A stretch of 63,945 bases of DNA, filler included, from Candidatus Methanoxibalbensis ujae (GTDB taxonomy: Archaea; Halobacteriota; Syntropharchaeia; Alkanophagales; Methanospirareceae), in assembly GCA_026134085.1 (NCBI GenBank). It is 3 parts of 3 records of this genome, joined end to end, with 100 filler letters (N's around TTAATTAATTAA, not from the genome) between each part and the next. Parts side by side here need not be neighbours in the genome. Positions count along the whole stretch, not along the records: positions 48,634 to 63,945 come from JAOQIN010000041.1; 2 more parts are not named here. One strand, given 5' to 3'. The position numbers and the translations under genes are program-made. The notes under the pieces are model-generated. The model ran no database searches and was not told the origin of the DNA. It saw nothing but the letters and a program-made list of their open reading frames with translations. Position 1 is the stretch's first letter. Each line of letters opens with the position of its first letter. Positions 51,961 to 61,185 of this stretch are shown piece by piece.

Positions 51961-54900
51961 ATGAGAGGTAAAATAATATTAGGCATAACAGCGCTTGCAG
52001 TATTGGCAACGATGTTAGCAGTAATGCTATCTGCCTCCGCATACGACCACGACCAAACCTACAACGCAAATTCCACATACTTCGTGCCCGAGGACATCAG
52101 GGCTTCCGGGTATTGCGACTCCAAAAACGTAGAAATCTGGATAAATACAAGCGTTGGCGTGACCAATGGTCTAATTGTATTTAGCTATGACCATTACTGT
52201 GCTAATGTAACAGATGCTACAATAAACACAGCCGATTGGGAGAGTACTGGTGCTGTAAATCTGCAACCTGGTCAGGTGAGAATCTCCTTTTCAACTTTGA
52301 AGACTACAGGACATTCGGGTAAAACGAAAATTGCTGACATCACTATTCACTGCTGCAATACTTCAAGCTGCTGTGGGACACGGCTGGAATGGGATACCTC
52401 TGCGTCTTACCTTAACTACGTTGATAGTACTGGATATCCTCAAGGAGCGATACCTAATGTTAACTGGGCAAACGGCACATTCATCTGCGGTAAGCTTTTA
52501 GTAGTAGACAAGACCGTCTGGAATGGAACGGCATGGGTTGACGGACCAATCACGGATGCAGTAAAAGGCGGCGAATATCAGTTCAGGATAGATGTCACTG
52601 CAGGATGCTACAACCTCACGAACGTGGTAGTGAAAGATACACTCACCGGTGTTATGGCGATTAACTGCAGCACTGTTTCTGCTGTTTCTGGTAGTATATC
52701 CTGTGACGCCAGCACCAACTCTATAATGTGGAACATCGGTGATCTGAACAAGAGTGAGACAAAGACGATGACCTTCAATGCAACAGTCGAGGATTATGGC
52801 ATGAGCATTAACAAGGTGAATGCGACGGGGTATTGTCCAGAGTTCGGGATAAATACCACACCGGATGAAGACACCGTCACAGTGATGGCGCCTATACCTT
52901 ATGTCGCATTGATGTACTTCAAGCCACGCAACAGCAGTGCGCCTTACTGCAACACCACAGAAGTGGAAATCTGGGTGAACTCAAGCGAGCCGTTCCAGTC
53001 AGGACAGATAAACCTCACATATAACGCATCATGTGCTAATGTGACGAACTGGGTGCGGAACGATGCTGTGTTCCCGCATGGCGACTGGGACTCTTCAAAG
53101 CCCGGTGAGGAGTGGATAACGTTCGCTCGTAACGACGAAATTATCGGCGATTACAAAATAGGGACGCTCACTATACATTGTAACAACACATGCAACTGCA
53201 ACACAACGCTGGACATCGTTGATTACAGTGAGGTTTTGCCAGGTGTCAGGGTTTCAACTGTATACGATGCGAATATGGTGGTAGTAAAGACAATGGGAGA
53301 AGACGGTAAGTTCACATGCACCAATCCAGACTTGATTGTAACGGAGATTAGACTGAATCCCGATGCGAAATATCTTAAAGACAAGTCGGGTAATTATACT
53401 ATTGCAGTTGGTCCTCTGAATCAGACAGGTGCGAAGACACAGTGCAACAACCTCACCGCTACGATAGAGAACATTGGCAATGGCAATGCAGGTCCATTCT
53501 ACGTGTGCTTCAACATCACTAACACAACATCTGGCGCAAAGGTAGCTTCGTGTAAAGAGGAAGTTAAGAGCCTGGGTGCTGGCGCAAGCACAACGGTCTG
53601 GTGCAACTGCTCGTGGTATCCATACGCGTACGAGAACTACACAATAACCGTGACTGCGGACTGCCAGAACGAAGTGACCGAATGCGATGAGAGCAACAAT
53701 ACGATGTCGAGGTATGTGGAACCTGTCGTAAACGGCTACAAAGGTGACGGCTGGCAAGATGGCAGGAGCATAGCACATGTGTATAACACAACACAGGGAC
53801 ACTACAACCTGCGCTATGCAGTTTGTAACGCACTCTATTGGGTTAACGAATCAGGCACATACAACTTCGGCCCGGGTCAAACTTACCTGGGTGGCAAGTA
53901 CGGGACATACCCGAACACGTATGACAGAAACTGGACGGTATATGCAGCCGAATGGAACACCACAATACTGCCAATTCCAAACAACGCGACCATCAAGAAA
54001 GCAAGACTGTATGTCTATTATACATGGAACACATATGGAAAAAATGTGAGTTTCAATGTGTCATTCAACGGTCATAACTACACGATGGCTGATGCCACTC
54101 ACTACTATGACAGGAAAGGCTTCGGCGGCTCTAACTATCCAACAGGTATGCTGGCTTATGATGTAACTGCCGATTACAAACCGTATGAAACAAACAATGC
54201 AATAGTTTACAACCTTCTTGAACCTGGTCCCGGCACGGTAACATTGCAGGGCATGGTTCTCGCGGTGATTTACGAGCATCCAAATGAGCCAGAGCGGATA
54301 ATCTATGTCAACGAGGGATTCGACTTGCTGTATGGATGCAAAGCTTGGTACGGCGTCAGCCCGGAAGAAGCTACTGCACACGCTATATTCAATATTACTG
54401 AGGACATAAGTAAATTCGCAGATGCACATTTAATAACAATCTCAACAGGTGCGGGTGGTTATACGCCTGCGAGGAACAGTCTGTTCTTCAATGGCAAGGA
54501 ATGGAAAGGTGGATTGACAGGAGCAAAGCTTGACCCCGGACAGGGATGGACTCCTTCCGGATACAATAAGTCCTATCAGGAGATTACCGCAAATGAGACC
54601 GAGATACCAGTGGCATTGCTCAAACAGGGCGAGAACATCGCTGAGTTCCAGGACGCTTGCGATTACCTGTGCATGGCGAATGCATTCCTGAAGCTGGAGA
54701 AGGGCAAGAAGAAGGTGGTGGAGATTGTGCCTGCGAATGTGACAGTGCAGCCGCAGGACCAGTTTGACATTGAAGTCGTTGTTGATCCATACACGGCAAT
54801 TCTGAATGGTGTGATGGTGGATGTCTACGCTGTGCAATATACAATCAAGTATGATCCGAGTGTGCTGAGGGCGGAGTCGCAAGTCTCAGGAGACTTCTTG

Positions 54901-55710
54901 AGCCAGGACGGCAACGAGACAATGGTCGTTATCAACAAGATAGACCACGCAACAGGAACGATTGAGTATGCTGAGACGAGGATTGACACTGACACTGGCG
55001 TGACACGCAGAGGAACACTTGCAAAAATACAGTTCACTGCAATCGGAGAACCTGGTACCACAACCTATATCAACATAACAGAAGTTGTCCTCGTAGACTC
55101 AGACAAGCGGGAGAACAAGTGGTATGAGGTTCACAACGGCACTGTCACGATATACAAGAACAATCCGCCCGTTGCGATCGCAAAATCAAAGCACAGATTC
55201 AATAATGCGGCGAAGAAATACCAGTGCTTCGCCATACTGTGCGCATGCGAGTCTTATGATCCCGACCAGATAAAGGACTACAACATCTCATACATCAGAT
55301 GGGCGTTCGGCGACGGTCAGTATGGAACGAGCGAAGGTATAGAAAACTGCATGAAGAGACACCAGTACGAGTCGTGGATATGGGTGGGCGGCCCTGATGG
55401 ACATTACGAGCCCTTTGTCGCAATGCTCACTGTCACTGATGATGGGGAGATGAGCAATTCAACAACTCTCAACGTGACAGTTTACATCGCGGGTGATGCA
55501 AACGGAGACGGAGTCGTGAACATCATAGATGCCGCATATGTCGGCAAGCACTGGCATGAGAGATGTAACCAGACAGCATGTGAATGCAAGTGCTGCGATC
55601 CGTGCTGGGACAATCCGCAGGCTGACAGGGCGGACTTGAACAACGACTGCTACATTGATATCATGGACCTCGCAATCGTCGGCGCAAACTGGAAACACAC
55701 CGCATGGTAA
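51961..55710 (+). CDS. Scaffoldin-like protein: cohesin, DUF11, cohesin, CARDB, DUF3344, cohesin, PKD, dockerin
   Basis: Signal peptide; PDLIVTEI..DESNN (CARDB); KARLYVYY, YDVT, VNEGFDLL (DUF3344); VYAVQYTIKYDPSVL..GTLAKIQF (cohesin); WAFGDG (PKD); GDANGDGVVNIID and ADLNNDCYIDIMD (dockerin). Confidence 0.85.
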   Translation: MRGKIILGITALAVLATMLAVMLSASAYDHDQTYNANSTYFVPEDIRASGYCDSKNVEIWINTSVGVTNGLIVFSYDHYCANVTDATINTADWESTGAVNLQPGQVRISFSTLKTTGHSGKTKIADITIHCCNTSSCCGTRLEWDTSASYLNYVDSTGYPQGAIPNVNWANGTFICGKLLVVDKTVWNGTAWVDGPITDAVKGGEYQFRIDVTAGCYNLTNVVVKDTLTGVMAINCSTVSAVSGSISCDASTNSIMWNIGDLNKSETKTMTFNATVEDYGMSINKVNATGYCPEFGINTTPDEDTVTVMAPIPYVALMYFKPRNSSAPYCNTTEVEIWVNSSEPFQSGQINLTYNASCANVTNWVRNDAVFPHGDWDSSKPGEEWITFARNDEIIGDYKIGTLTIHCNNTCNCNTTLDIVDYSEVLPGVRVSTVYDANMVVVKTMGEDGKFTCTNPDLIVTEIRLNPDAKYLKDKSGNYTIAVGPLNQTGAKTQCNNLTATIENIGNGNAGPFYVCFNITNTTSGAKVASCKEEVKSLGAGASTTVWCNCSWYPYAYENYTITVTADCQNEVTECDESNNTMSRYVEPVVNGYKGDGWQDGRSIAHVYNTTQGHYNLRYAVCNALYWVNESGTYNFGPGQTYLGGKYGTYPNTYDRNWTVYAAEWNTTILPIPNNATIKKARLYVYYTWNTYGKNVSFNVSFNGHNYTMADATHYYDRKGFGGSNYPTGMLAYDVTADYKPYETNNAIVYNLLEPGPGTVTLQGMVLAVIYEHPNEPERIIYVNEGFDLLYGCKAWYGVSPEEATAHAIFNITEDISKFADAHLITISTGAGGYTPARNSLFFNGKEWKGGLTGAKLDPGQGWTPSGYNKSYQEITANETEIPVALLKQGENIAEFQDACDYLCMANAFLKLEKGKKKVVEIVPANVTVQPQDQFDIEVVVDPYTAILNGVMVDVYAVQYTIKYDPSVLRAESQVSGDFLSQDGNETMVVINKIDHATGTIEYAETRIDTDTGVTRRGTLAKIQFTAIGEPGTTTYINITEVVLVDSDKRENKWYEVHNGTVTIYKNNPPVAIAKSKHRFNNAAKKYQCFAILCACESYDPDQIKDYNISYIRWAFGDGQYGTSEGIENCMKRHQYESWIWVGGPDGHYEPFVAMLTVTDDGEMSNSTTLNVTVYIAGDANGDGVVNIIDAAYVGKHWHERCNQTACECKCCDPCWDNPQADRADLNNDCYIDIMDLAIVGANWKHTAW

Positions 55711-56451
55711 ACGCACAAACGCAAGGAAGTGGCGAAAGTTAAAAAAGTTTTATTTTTTTCTCCTATTTCCTTGCTCCTATTTCTTACATCTTTATTTTTC
55801 TTACATATACTCTCACAACAACTTGCAAATATTGAGAGATCTTTATACAAATTTTTGATTTTTTAACTGAGCAAGAAACTGAGCAAGAGCTGTTTTATCG
55901 ACTGAAAAATCCGAACAAAACTCGGCAGCGCAATTATTTTTTAATTTTAGTTTATTTTAGTTTTATTAGATATAGAGAGAAGCCTGAGTATGACTCTCCC
56001 TTCTCTCCATTCTCCATTCTCCATCCATCATCCAATGCAAAGACGTAAAGGAGAGCAGACAGAAAGCGACAACTCCAACTACATTGGAAGGGGCTGTTAT
56101 TTCAATGAGCGCATTAGCAGTTTTACTCGTACTCTATCTGTTGCTGCTCTCCTGCGAGAGCAATGAGCGAGTCATACACAGATAAATACGCAAATAAAAT
56201 AAAATAAAATAAAGAAATACCACTCTGATAAATACCTCTCTGATACTCAGCACTGAGGTAAGAGAATCCCGCTTGAAGGATTACTACAGGGGGCTCCTTT
56301 CTTCACGGACTTATCCCTCAATTTTATAATTTTCCATCTGAATCCGTCAGGAAATTTCATTCTATTATGAGATAATTTTCTGCTTCATCATCTATTTGCA
56401 CAATTGCCGATTCTCACTTCCTTAAGTGGCTGAGGAAGCCCTTTGGATGAA

Positions 56452-56665
56452 GTGACCTCCTCCCCTCACTGAAATGAGAGGCATCCTCCTCCAGCGAGGT
56501 TCGGTTCCCATTTCATCCCCCTGAGGCAGCTCTTTCTTCCTGTCTCGGTCGAGGGCTTCACTTCGGGTAGGCCCTACCCTACGAAGTGATAAAACAACAT
56601 ATACTTTCCCACCCTCTGCTGTATCCTACCTTTGAAAATGTAGGAATCGACAGCAACAATTTAAA
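56452..56665 (-). mobile_element. Non-autonomous IS200/IS605-type element (left-end hairpin, omega-RNA-like scaffold, right end; no ORF)
   Basis: Minus-strand right end GGATGCCTCTCATTTCAGTGAGGGGAGGAGGTCAC; tnpB-tail-like GGGTAGGGCCTACCCGAAGTGAAGCC; left hairpin TGCTGT-ATCCTAC/GTAGGAAT-ACAGCA; TTTAA next to the left end. Confidence 0.6.
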
Positions 56666-56773
56666 TCACAGCAACACTCTTACTTCATTCGCATGATGTG
56701 CTCTTTTCGTAAAGTGCCAATTGGATTGGAATTTCCGATGCAGAATTTTTTAATTTTTTCCAATTTCTTTCAT

Positions 56774-57685
56774 ATGGAGCTGCGTTTGAGAAGCCCTCAG
56801 GACTGCATAGGCGATTTCACATACAACTTTTACTGGCAGCATAAAGGCGACCTTCTGCGTCCTGAGGACACGATACCCTCACAGAGCGGCACTTCAGTCA
56901 CTTATGAGGATGTTGTATATGCATTAAAAAACGGTCATACCGTCAGGATAAAAGGGGATGTTGGAAAGCGTCTCGGAACGAGCATGGGTGTCTCACTACG
57001 CTATTTCGGGGGTTCCGGCTGTGAGATCGCTGATACAGGCGCAATAATCGTTGATGGAAATGCGGGCGCTTATCTGGGAATGAGCATGCTTGCAGGCGCG
57101 ATATATGTGCGTGGCACTGTAAGGGAGCCTCTCGGAAATGTTGTTCAGGTGCATTCTGACTTGAGTGGCTACAAGAAGTTTGTGTCAATATCCTGGCTCC
57201 TTCACAATCGTGAAGAGGCGCATCTGTGTGAGCCTAACGAGATGAGGGGGGACGAACTCATCCTGAGGGACGGGATCCTCAGATGCACAGTTGGAGCGAG
57301 GCTTCGCACACACGCAACCATCAGAATATGCGGCGATACAGGGTTAAGCGTCGGCATCCTTATGCGAAAAGGGCGCGTGATTGTTGAGGGCTCTGCTGGA
57401 ATGAATGCAGGAGTGCGCCTGATGGGTGGCGAAATATGTATTCTGGGAGATGCCGCTGAGTTCTTGGGTGTTGAGATGCGGAGAGGTCGCATATTCGTGC
57501 GAGGTAAATGCAGTGGATATGTCGGTGTAAATATGCAAGGCGGCAGTATCATATGCAGAAGCGGAACAAAAGCACTCGCTCATGAAGCGCCTTTGAACGC
57601 TGATGACATTAAAATGCTCGCTGATTTCGGGATATCAGGAATACTCGCCCTTTCATACCGAAAATATGTGAAAAAGTCAACATAA
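56774..57685 (+). CDS. FwdC/GltB-C-like GXGXG beta-helix protein
   Basis: Repeated I.V.G.AG...G..M.GG units; DFTYNFYWQH N-terminal motif; start taken at ATG 56774. Confidence 0.8.
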   Translation: MELRLRSPQDCIGDFTYNFYWQHKGDLLRPEDTIPSQSGTSVTYEDVVYALKNGHTVRIKGDVGKRLGTSMGVSLRYFGGSGCEIADTGAIIVDGNAGAYLGMSMLAGAIYVRGTVREPLGNVVQVHSDLSGYKKFVSISWLLHNREEAHLCEPNEMRGDELILRDGILRCTVGARLRTHATIRICGDTGLSVGILMRKGRVIVEGSAGMNAGVRLMGGEICILGDAAEFLGVEMRRGRIFVRGKCSGYVGVNMQGGSIICRSGTKALAHEAPLNADDIKMLADFGISGILALSYRKYVKKST

Positions 57686-57704
57686 ACATTGTATTTACTC
57701 CTAA

Positions 57705-58005
57705 TGAACAAAAAATCCAAAAGAAGGAAACTTCTCCCTTTCTTGGAACGCTTGAACATGATGTTTAATTAAATATCGAGAATATTAAAGGAGCGGAGGA
57801 GAACGGCCACGAATGTGAGATGATTTATTTGATGTGATAGAGATTGCACAGGCTGTATGTCGTGCCAGGAGAAAGGAGCATGTGTGGTGGATGATACTGT
57901 GTTGATATAGAGGAAGCAAAATGATTTGGGCAAGTCCAACACACCGGGTATGGTTTGATGTTGAGGATTGTTGAGGATAAATGAAAACAATCGCAGGAAG
58001 TATTC
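57705..58005 (+). pseudogene. Iron-sulfur flavoprotein (Isf/flavodoxin family) pseudogene
   Basis: Frameshifted fragments NPKEGN, KGAEENGHECEMIYL, CTGCMSCQEKGACVVDD, IWASPT..WFDV and MKT. Confidence 0.7.
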
Positions 58006-58374
58006 CGACGGGAGTTTGTTAGCAGAGATATGAATGGTTGCATCACTTTTTTCCGCAGCTCCGCAGCCTTTAACATCGCTAGTATGAAGGAGCTGGGGTA
58101 TCTTGAATACTGTCCTGTCCGGAAGCCGTGTCTTCATTGGAACGAAAATTATTGAATATTTATTATTTATAGCTTTGAGTGTTGCACTGATGGGGACTTT
58201 AAAATATAATTTTATTATATAATAATAAAAAATAATAATAATAAAATAAAAAATTAAAAAATATACAGTCGGCATGCTCCTTCAGCGACCACGCTCATTG
58301 CGTTCGCCGCGTATAACAGCGGACATACTGTTACGCTCGCCAAAATCCCTCGCCTCGCCAGGCGCTTTGCTGGG

Positions 58375-58565
58375 ACCTTTGTTGAAGTTGTGAATGACCT
58401 TACATAATTTGATATCAGAACACTTTGCTGATTTCCAAAACTTTCATTGCTTGAGCATTTCATTGCTTGAGCATATGCAAATTTTTACTTCCACTATGTC
58501 CCTGCCGTATCCAATTTGAGTTTGTCGCCCTTCTCATTTGTAATTTCACGAATATATATGCATAT
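58375..58565 (-). mobile_element. Remnant of an IS630-like transposase N-terminal HTH region
   Basis: Frameshifted fragments IYIREITNEKGDKLK, GRDIVEVK, AQAMKVLEISKVF and KVIHNFNKG. Confidence 0.5.
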
Positions 58566-58823
58566 GCAATTTAACAATATACTATAATAAAAAAAAGAAA
58601 TAATAAAAAAAGAAAGCATTATGCGTGAGGTCTCCTCACATTCTCTCGCCCACGCTTTCGCAGCAAGCAGCAGATAAATGGTAAAATTAAAATGTAAAAG
58701 TAAAAGGTAAAAGTGGAGGGTGAGCGGTGCTGGAATGGAGGAGGCACTGTTACAGCTTGTAGGCGTGCCGCTGTTCATCTTTCTTGCGGGATACGAACCG
58801 CATCGCATCGGCTGGGCATATCC

Positions 58824-59606
58824 TCAGTATATGGGCATCACTCTATGATGCCGGCGGCGAAGTATCTCCCCCGCGAGCATGCCTATGAAAAGACCTGAAA
58901 GATGAGCAGTGTGCGCGATATGATCGCTCACGGGAGCGAACGCGAACAGGAAATCATACAACGCAAACAAAATCGCTGCAAGCCACATTTCCATAGGGAT
59001 CAGAAAGAAAAGATATATTTTCATTCTTGGCATAAGCACGGCAAGCGCGCCGAAAACACCGCACAAAGCACCGCTCGCACCCAACACTCCGCTGAGAGGA
59101 TTGCTTGTTGTCAGGCACCAGCCGGCACCAGCAGCAATGCCTGAGATGAGGAATACCGCAAGAAAATTCTTATTACCCACTGCCCTCTCCAATACGGGTG
59201 CAAAAAATGCAAGAAAGAGCATGTTGAAGAAAAAATGCTCAAAACCAGAATGCAGAAATATATGAGTTACAAGCGTCCATGGCCTTTCAATCAAATAAGC
59301 GGGTTTCAAAATAAGCAGATCTGTATATGGTGGATATATAAGCTGGAGGACAAAGGATACAGACATGGCGATTAGAAGCAGTAAAGAGAAATTATGGGAG
59401 AATATGTTGAAGGATGAGATGACAGGGGATATCTCTCCTGATTTAATTTCGCTTCTCATATCAATATCCTCATCAGCGCTTGAAACATCGTAATAAGCGA
59501 CACACCAGTGTTTTTCAGGCGGCAGATGCTCCGCACAAAGCGTATCGCCGCAGTATCTGCATCTTCCCGCTGCTCTTTTCCCACATATCACACAACGCGC
59601 CAGCAC
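58824..59606 (-). CDS. Rhomboid intramembrane protease with an N-terminal AN1-like zinc finger
   Basis: CxxC..CRYCG..CAEH..PEKHWC; HIFLH..H..FNM, GASG and AHLSG motifs. Confidence 0.93.
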   Translation of the reverse strand: MLARCVICGKRAAGRCRYCGDTLCAEHLPPEKHWCVAYYDVSSADEDIDMRSEIKSGEISPVISSFNIFSHNFSLLLLIAMSVSFVLQLIYPPYTDLLILKPAYLIERPWTLVTHIFLHSGFEHFFFNMLFLAFFAPVLERAVGNKNFLAVFLISGIAAGAGWCLTTSNPLSGVLGASGALCGVFGALAVLMPRMKIYLFFLIPMEMWLAAILFALYDFLFAFAPVSDHIAHTAHLSGLFIGMLAGEILRRRHHRVMPIY

Positions 59607-59654
59607 TACCTTATGTGCGAGTGCGGAGGACTTAACTTTTTCTTTTAGTGTTGC

Positions 59655-60491
59655 TCAGTCTTTAGTGTTGCTCAGGCATCTTTCAAAAATGTCACTGAAT
59701 CTCTCCGGATGAACAAGGAAATCAAGCATGTCGTCATCTTTCAGCATATACATTGGCATTTCCGGAATGATGTCATCAGGCGCATTCAAAAATCTTATTT
59801 CAGGAAGCTCACCGTATCTTTCGTTCTTCACGAATTTGCCGTCTGCAAGCTCAAAATATGCAGCGCCGCGCTTGTTGAGATAGTCCTCATATATTGAGGA
59901 GAAATGTCTCGCGACGAAATTCGCCATGCACAGAGTTTCATCCGCTGGATTTATCGTGACATGCCCGTAGTTGGGCGGAATAACAACTTTCTCTCCTTCT
60001 TCTGCACTTATCAAAACGACATCAGTTATAAGCTGCCAATCCTCCTTTTCCTCTCTGCACTCTTCCTTTTTCACTTTCACTGCCTCTCGCCTCCCCACAC
60101 CGTGAAACACCTCCCGCCTTTGAAGCAGGAAATGCGCCCTGCCCGATTGAACCTCGTAGATTTCTGGATATGTGAGATGCGGTGCGCTCGGAACTGCTGG
60201 ATGATAATGCCCCATCGTCTTCACGAATTCAATGCCGAGCGTGTTGGGAGGAATTATTGTGATGTCGTAGCGGATTCCTCTCTTCATCATCTTATGGGCG
60301 TCAGCATCGCTCGCTGAGATGTCGCGATACATGAAATACAGCGGCATCTCCGGATCTGCATGCTCTGCAAACTCCTGATCGTATAGAACTGCTTTCATAT
60401 CCTTCAATCTGCGGACATGCGGCTTGAATCTCCTGTTTTTTACGATTATATGTGGCTCATCAGCCCATTCAATATGTATCATAACAATCAC
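59655..60491 (-). CDS. Cupin-type glucose-6-phosphate isomerase
   Basis: LYFMYRD, RYDITIIP, KTMGHYH, YPEIYEV and IPPNYGHVTIN motifs. Confidence 0.92.
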   Translation of the reverse strand: MIVMIHIEWADEPHIIVKNRRFKPHVRRLKDMKAVLYDQEFAEHADPEMPLYFMYRDISASDADAHKMMKRGIRYDITIIPPNTLGIEFVKTMGHYHPAVPSAPHLTYPEIYEVQSGRAHFLLQRREVFHGVGRREAVKVKKEECREEKEDWQLITDVVLISAEEGEKVVIPPNYGHVTINPADETLCMANFVARHFSSIYEDYLNKRGAAYFELADGKFVKNERYGELPEIRFLNAPDDIIPEMPMYMLKDDDMLDFLVHPERFSDIFERCLSNTKD

Positions 60492-60521
60492 CTCTGTGTT
60501 ATTTCATAATTCTCATTTAAG

Positions 60522-61163
60522 ATGTTCAGGTTCAAGCCGCTGCATGAGAAAGGACTGACCAAGCTTTTTGTCGGCGGCATGCACGGGGATGAGTGTGAGC
60601 ACACTGCACCTCTCCTGAATATGCTGGCCGAGAAAGTGCGTGATGAGGGGGAATACTGTGGTGAAATCGTGATAATTCCCTGTCTCATAAGGCGAGGAGC
60701 GTATGTGAGTGTGCTACGCCATGAATACTACGAGCGAGCTGAGGGCAGGCGACTGCTTTCACTGGTGCGAGAGCTTAAGCCAAGTTTCTATTTTGAGCTG
60801 CACGCATATGGCATAAATGCGCTGTCAAGGCTGACAGCTGAAGACAGATTGGAGAGAGAGGGAGCACCACCGCTCGTTGAGATTTGTGAATGTGTTCTCA
60901 TAGGCTCCGTATCTCCCATACTGCGCAGGGAATTCGGGAAGGAGGATTTCTGCCTCACCATAGAACTGCCGAAGTGGAGGCTTGATGCCATCAATGCCTG
61001 TGACAGGGTTGTAGGCTGTGTGCTGGATATTCTGACAGCTGGTCTGCATGCATGCACGCGTGAGGATATTCTCAGATTCCTGCGGAGGAGATACCCGGCG
61101 CAGTTGAGCGAGGCTGAACGCCTTTTCAAAACTCTCCATGACGCTTATTATGACGCTTATTAG
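60522..61163 (+). CDS. DUF2119 family protein (zinc-peptidase-like fold)
   Basis: LFVGGMHGDE, YVSVL...YY, YFELHAY, GAPPL and LIGSVSP motifs. Confidence 0.8.
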   Translation: MFRFKPLHEKGLTKLFVGGMHGDECEHTAPLLNMLAEKVRDEGEYCGEIVIIPCLIRRGAYVSVLRHEYYERAEGRRLLSLVRELKPSFYFELHAYGINALSRLTAEDRLEREGAPPLVEICECVLIGSVSPILRREFGKEDFCLTIELPKWRLDAINACDRVVGCVLDILTAGLHACTREDILRFLRRRYPAQLSEAERLFKTLHDAYYDAY

Positions 61164-61185
61164 CGCTCACGCCCTGCTTCTGCCA

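Noticed and set aside
56060..56190. Hydrophobic peptide AVISMSALAVLLVLYLLLL
   Set aside because: Possibly a remnant of a sorting tail, but no intact ORF or signature motif
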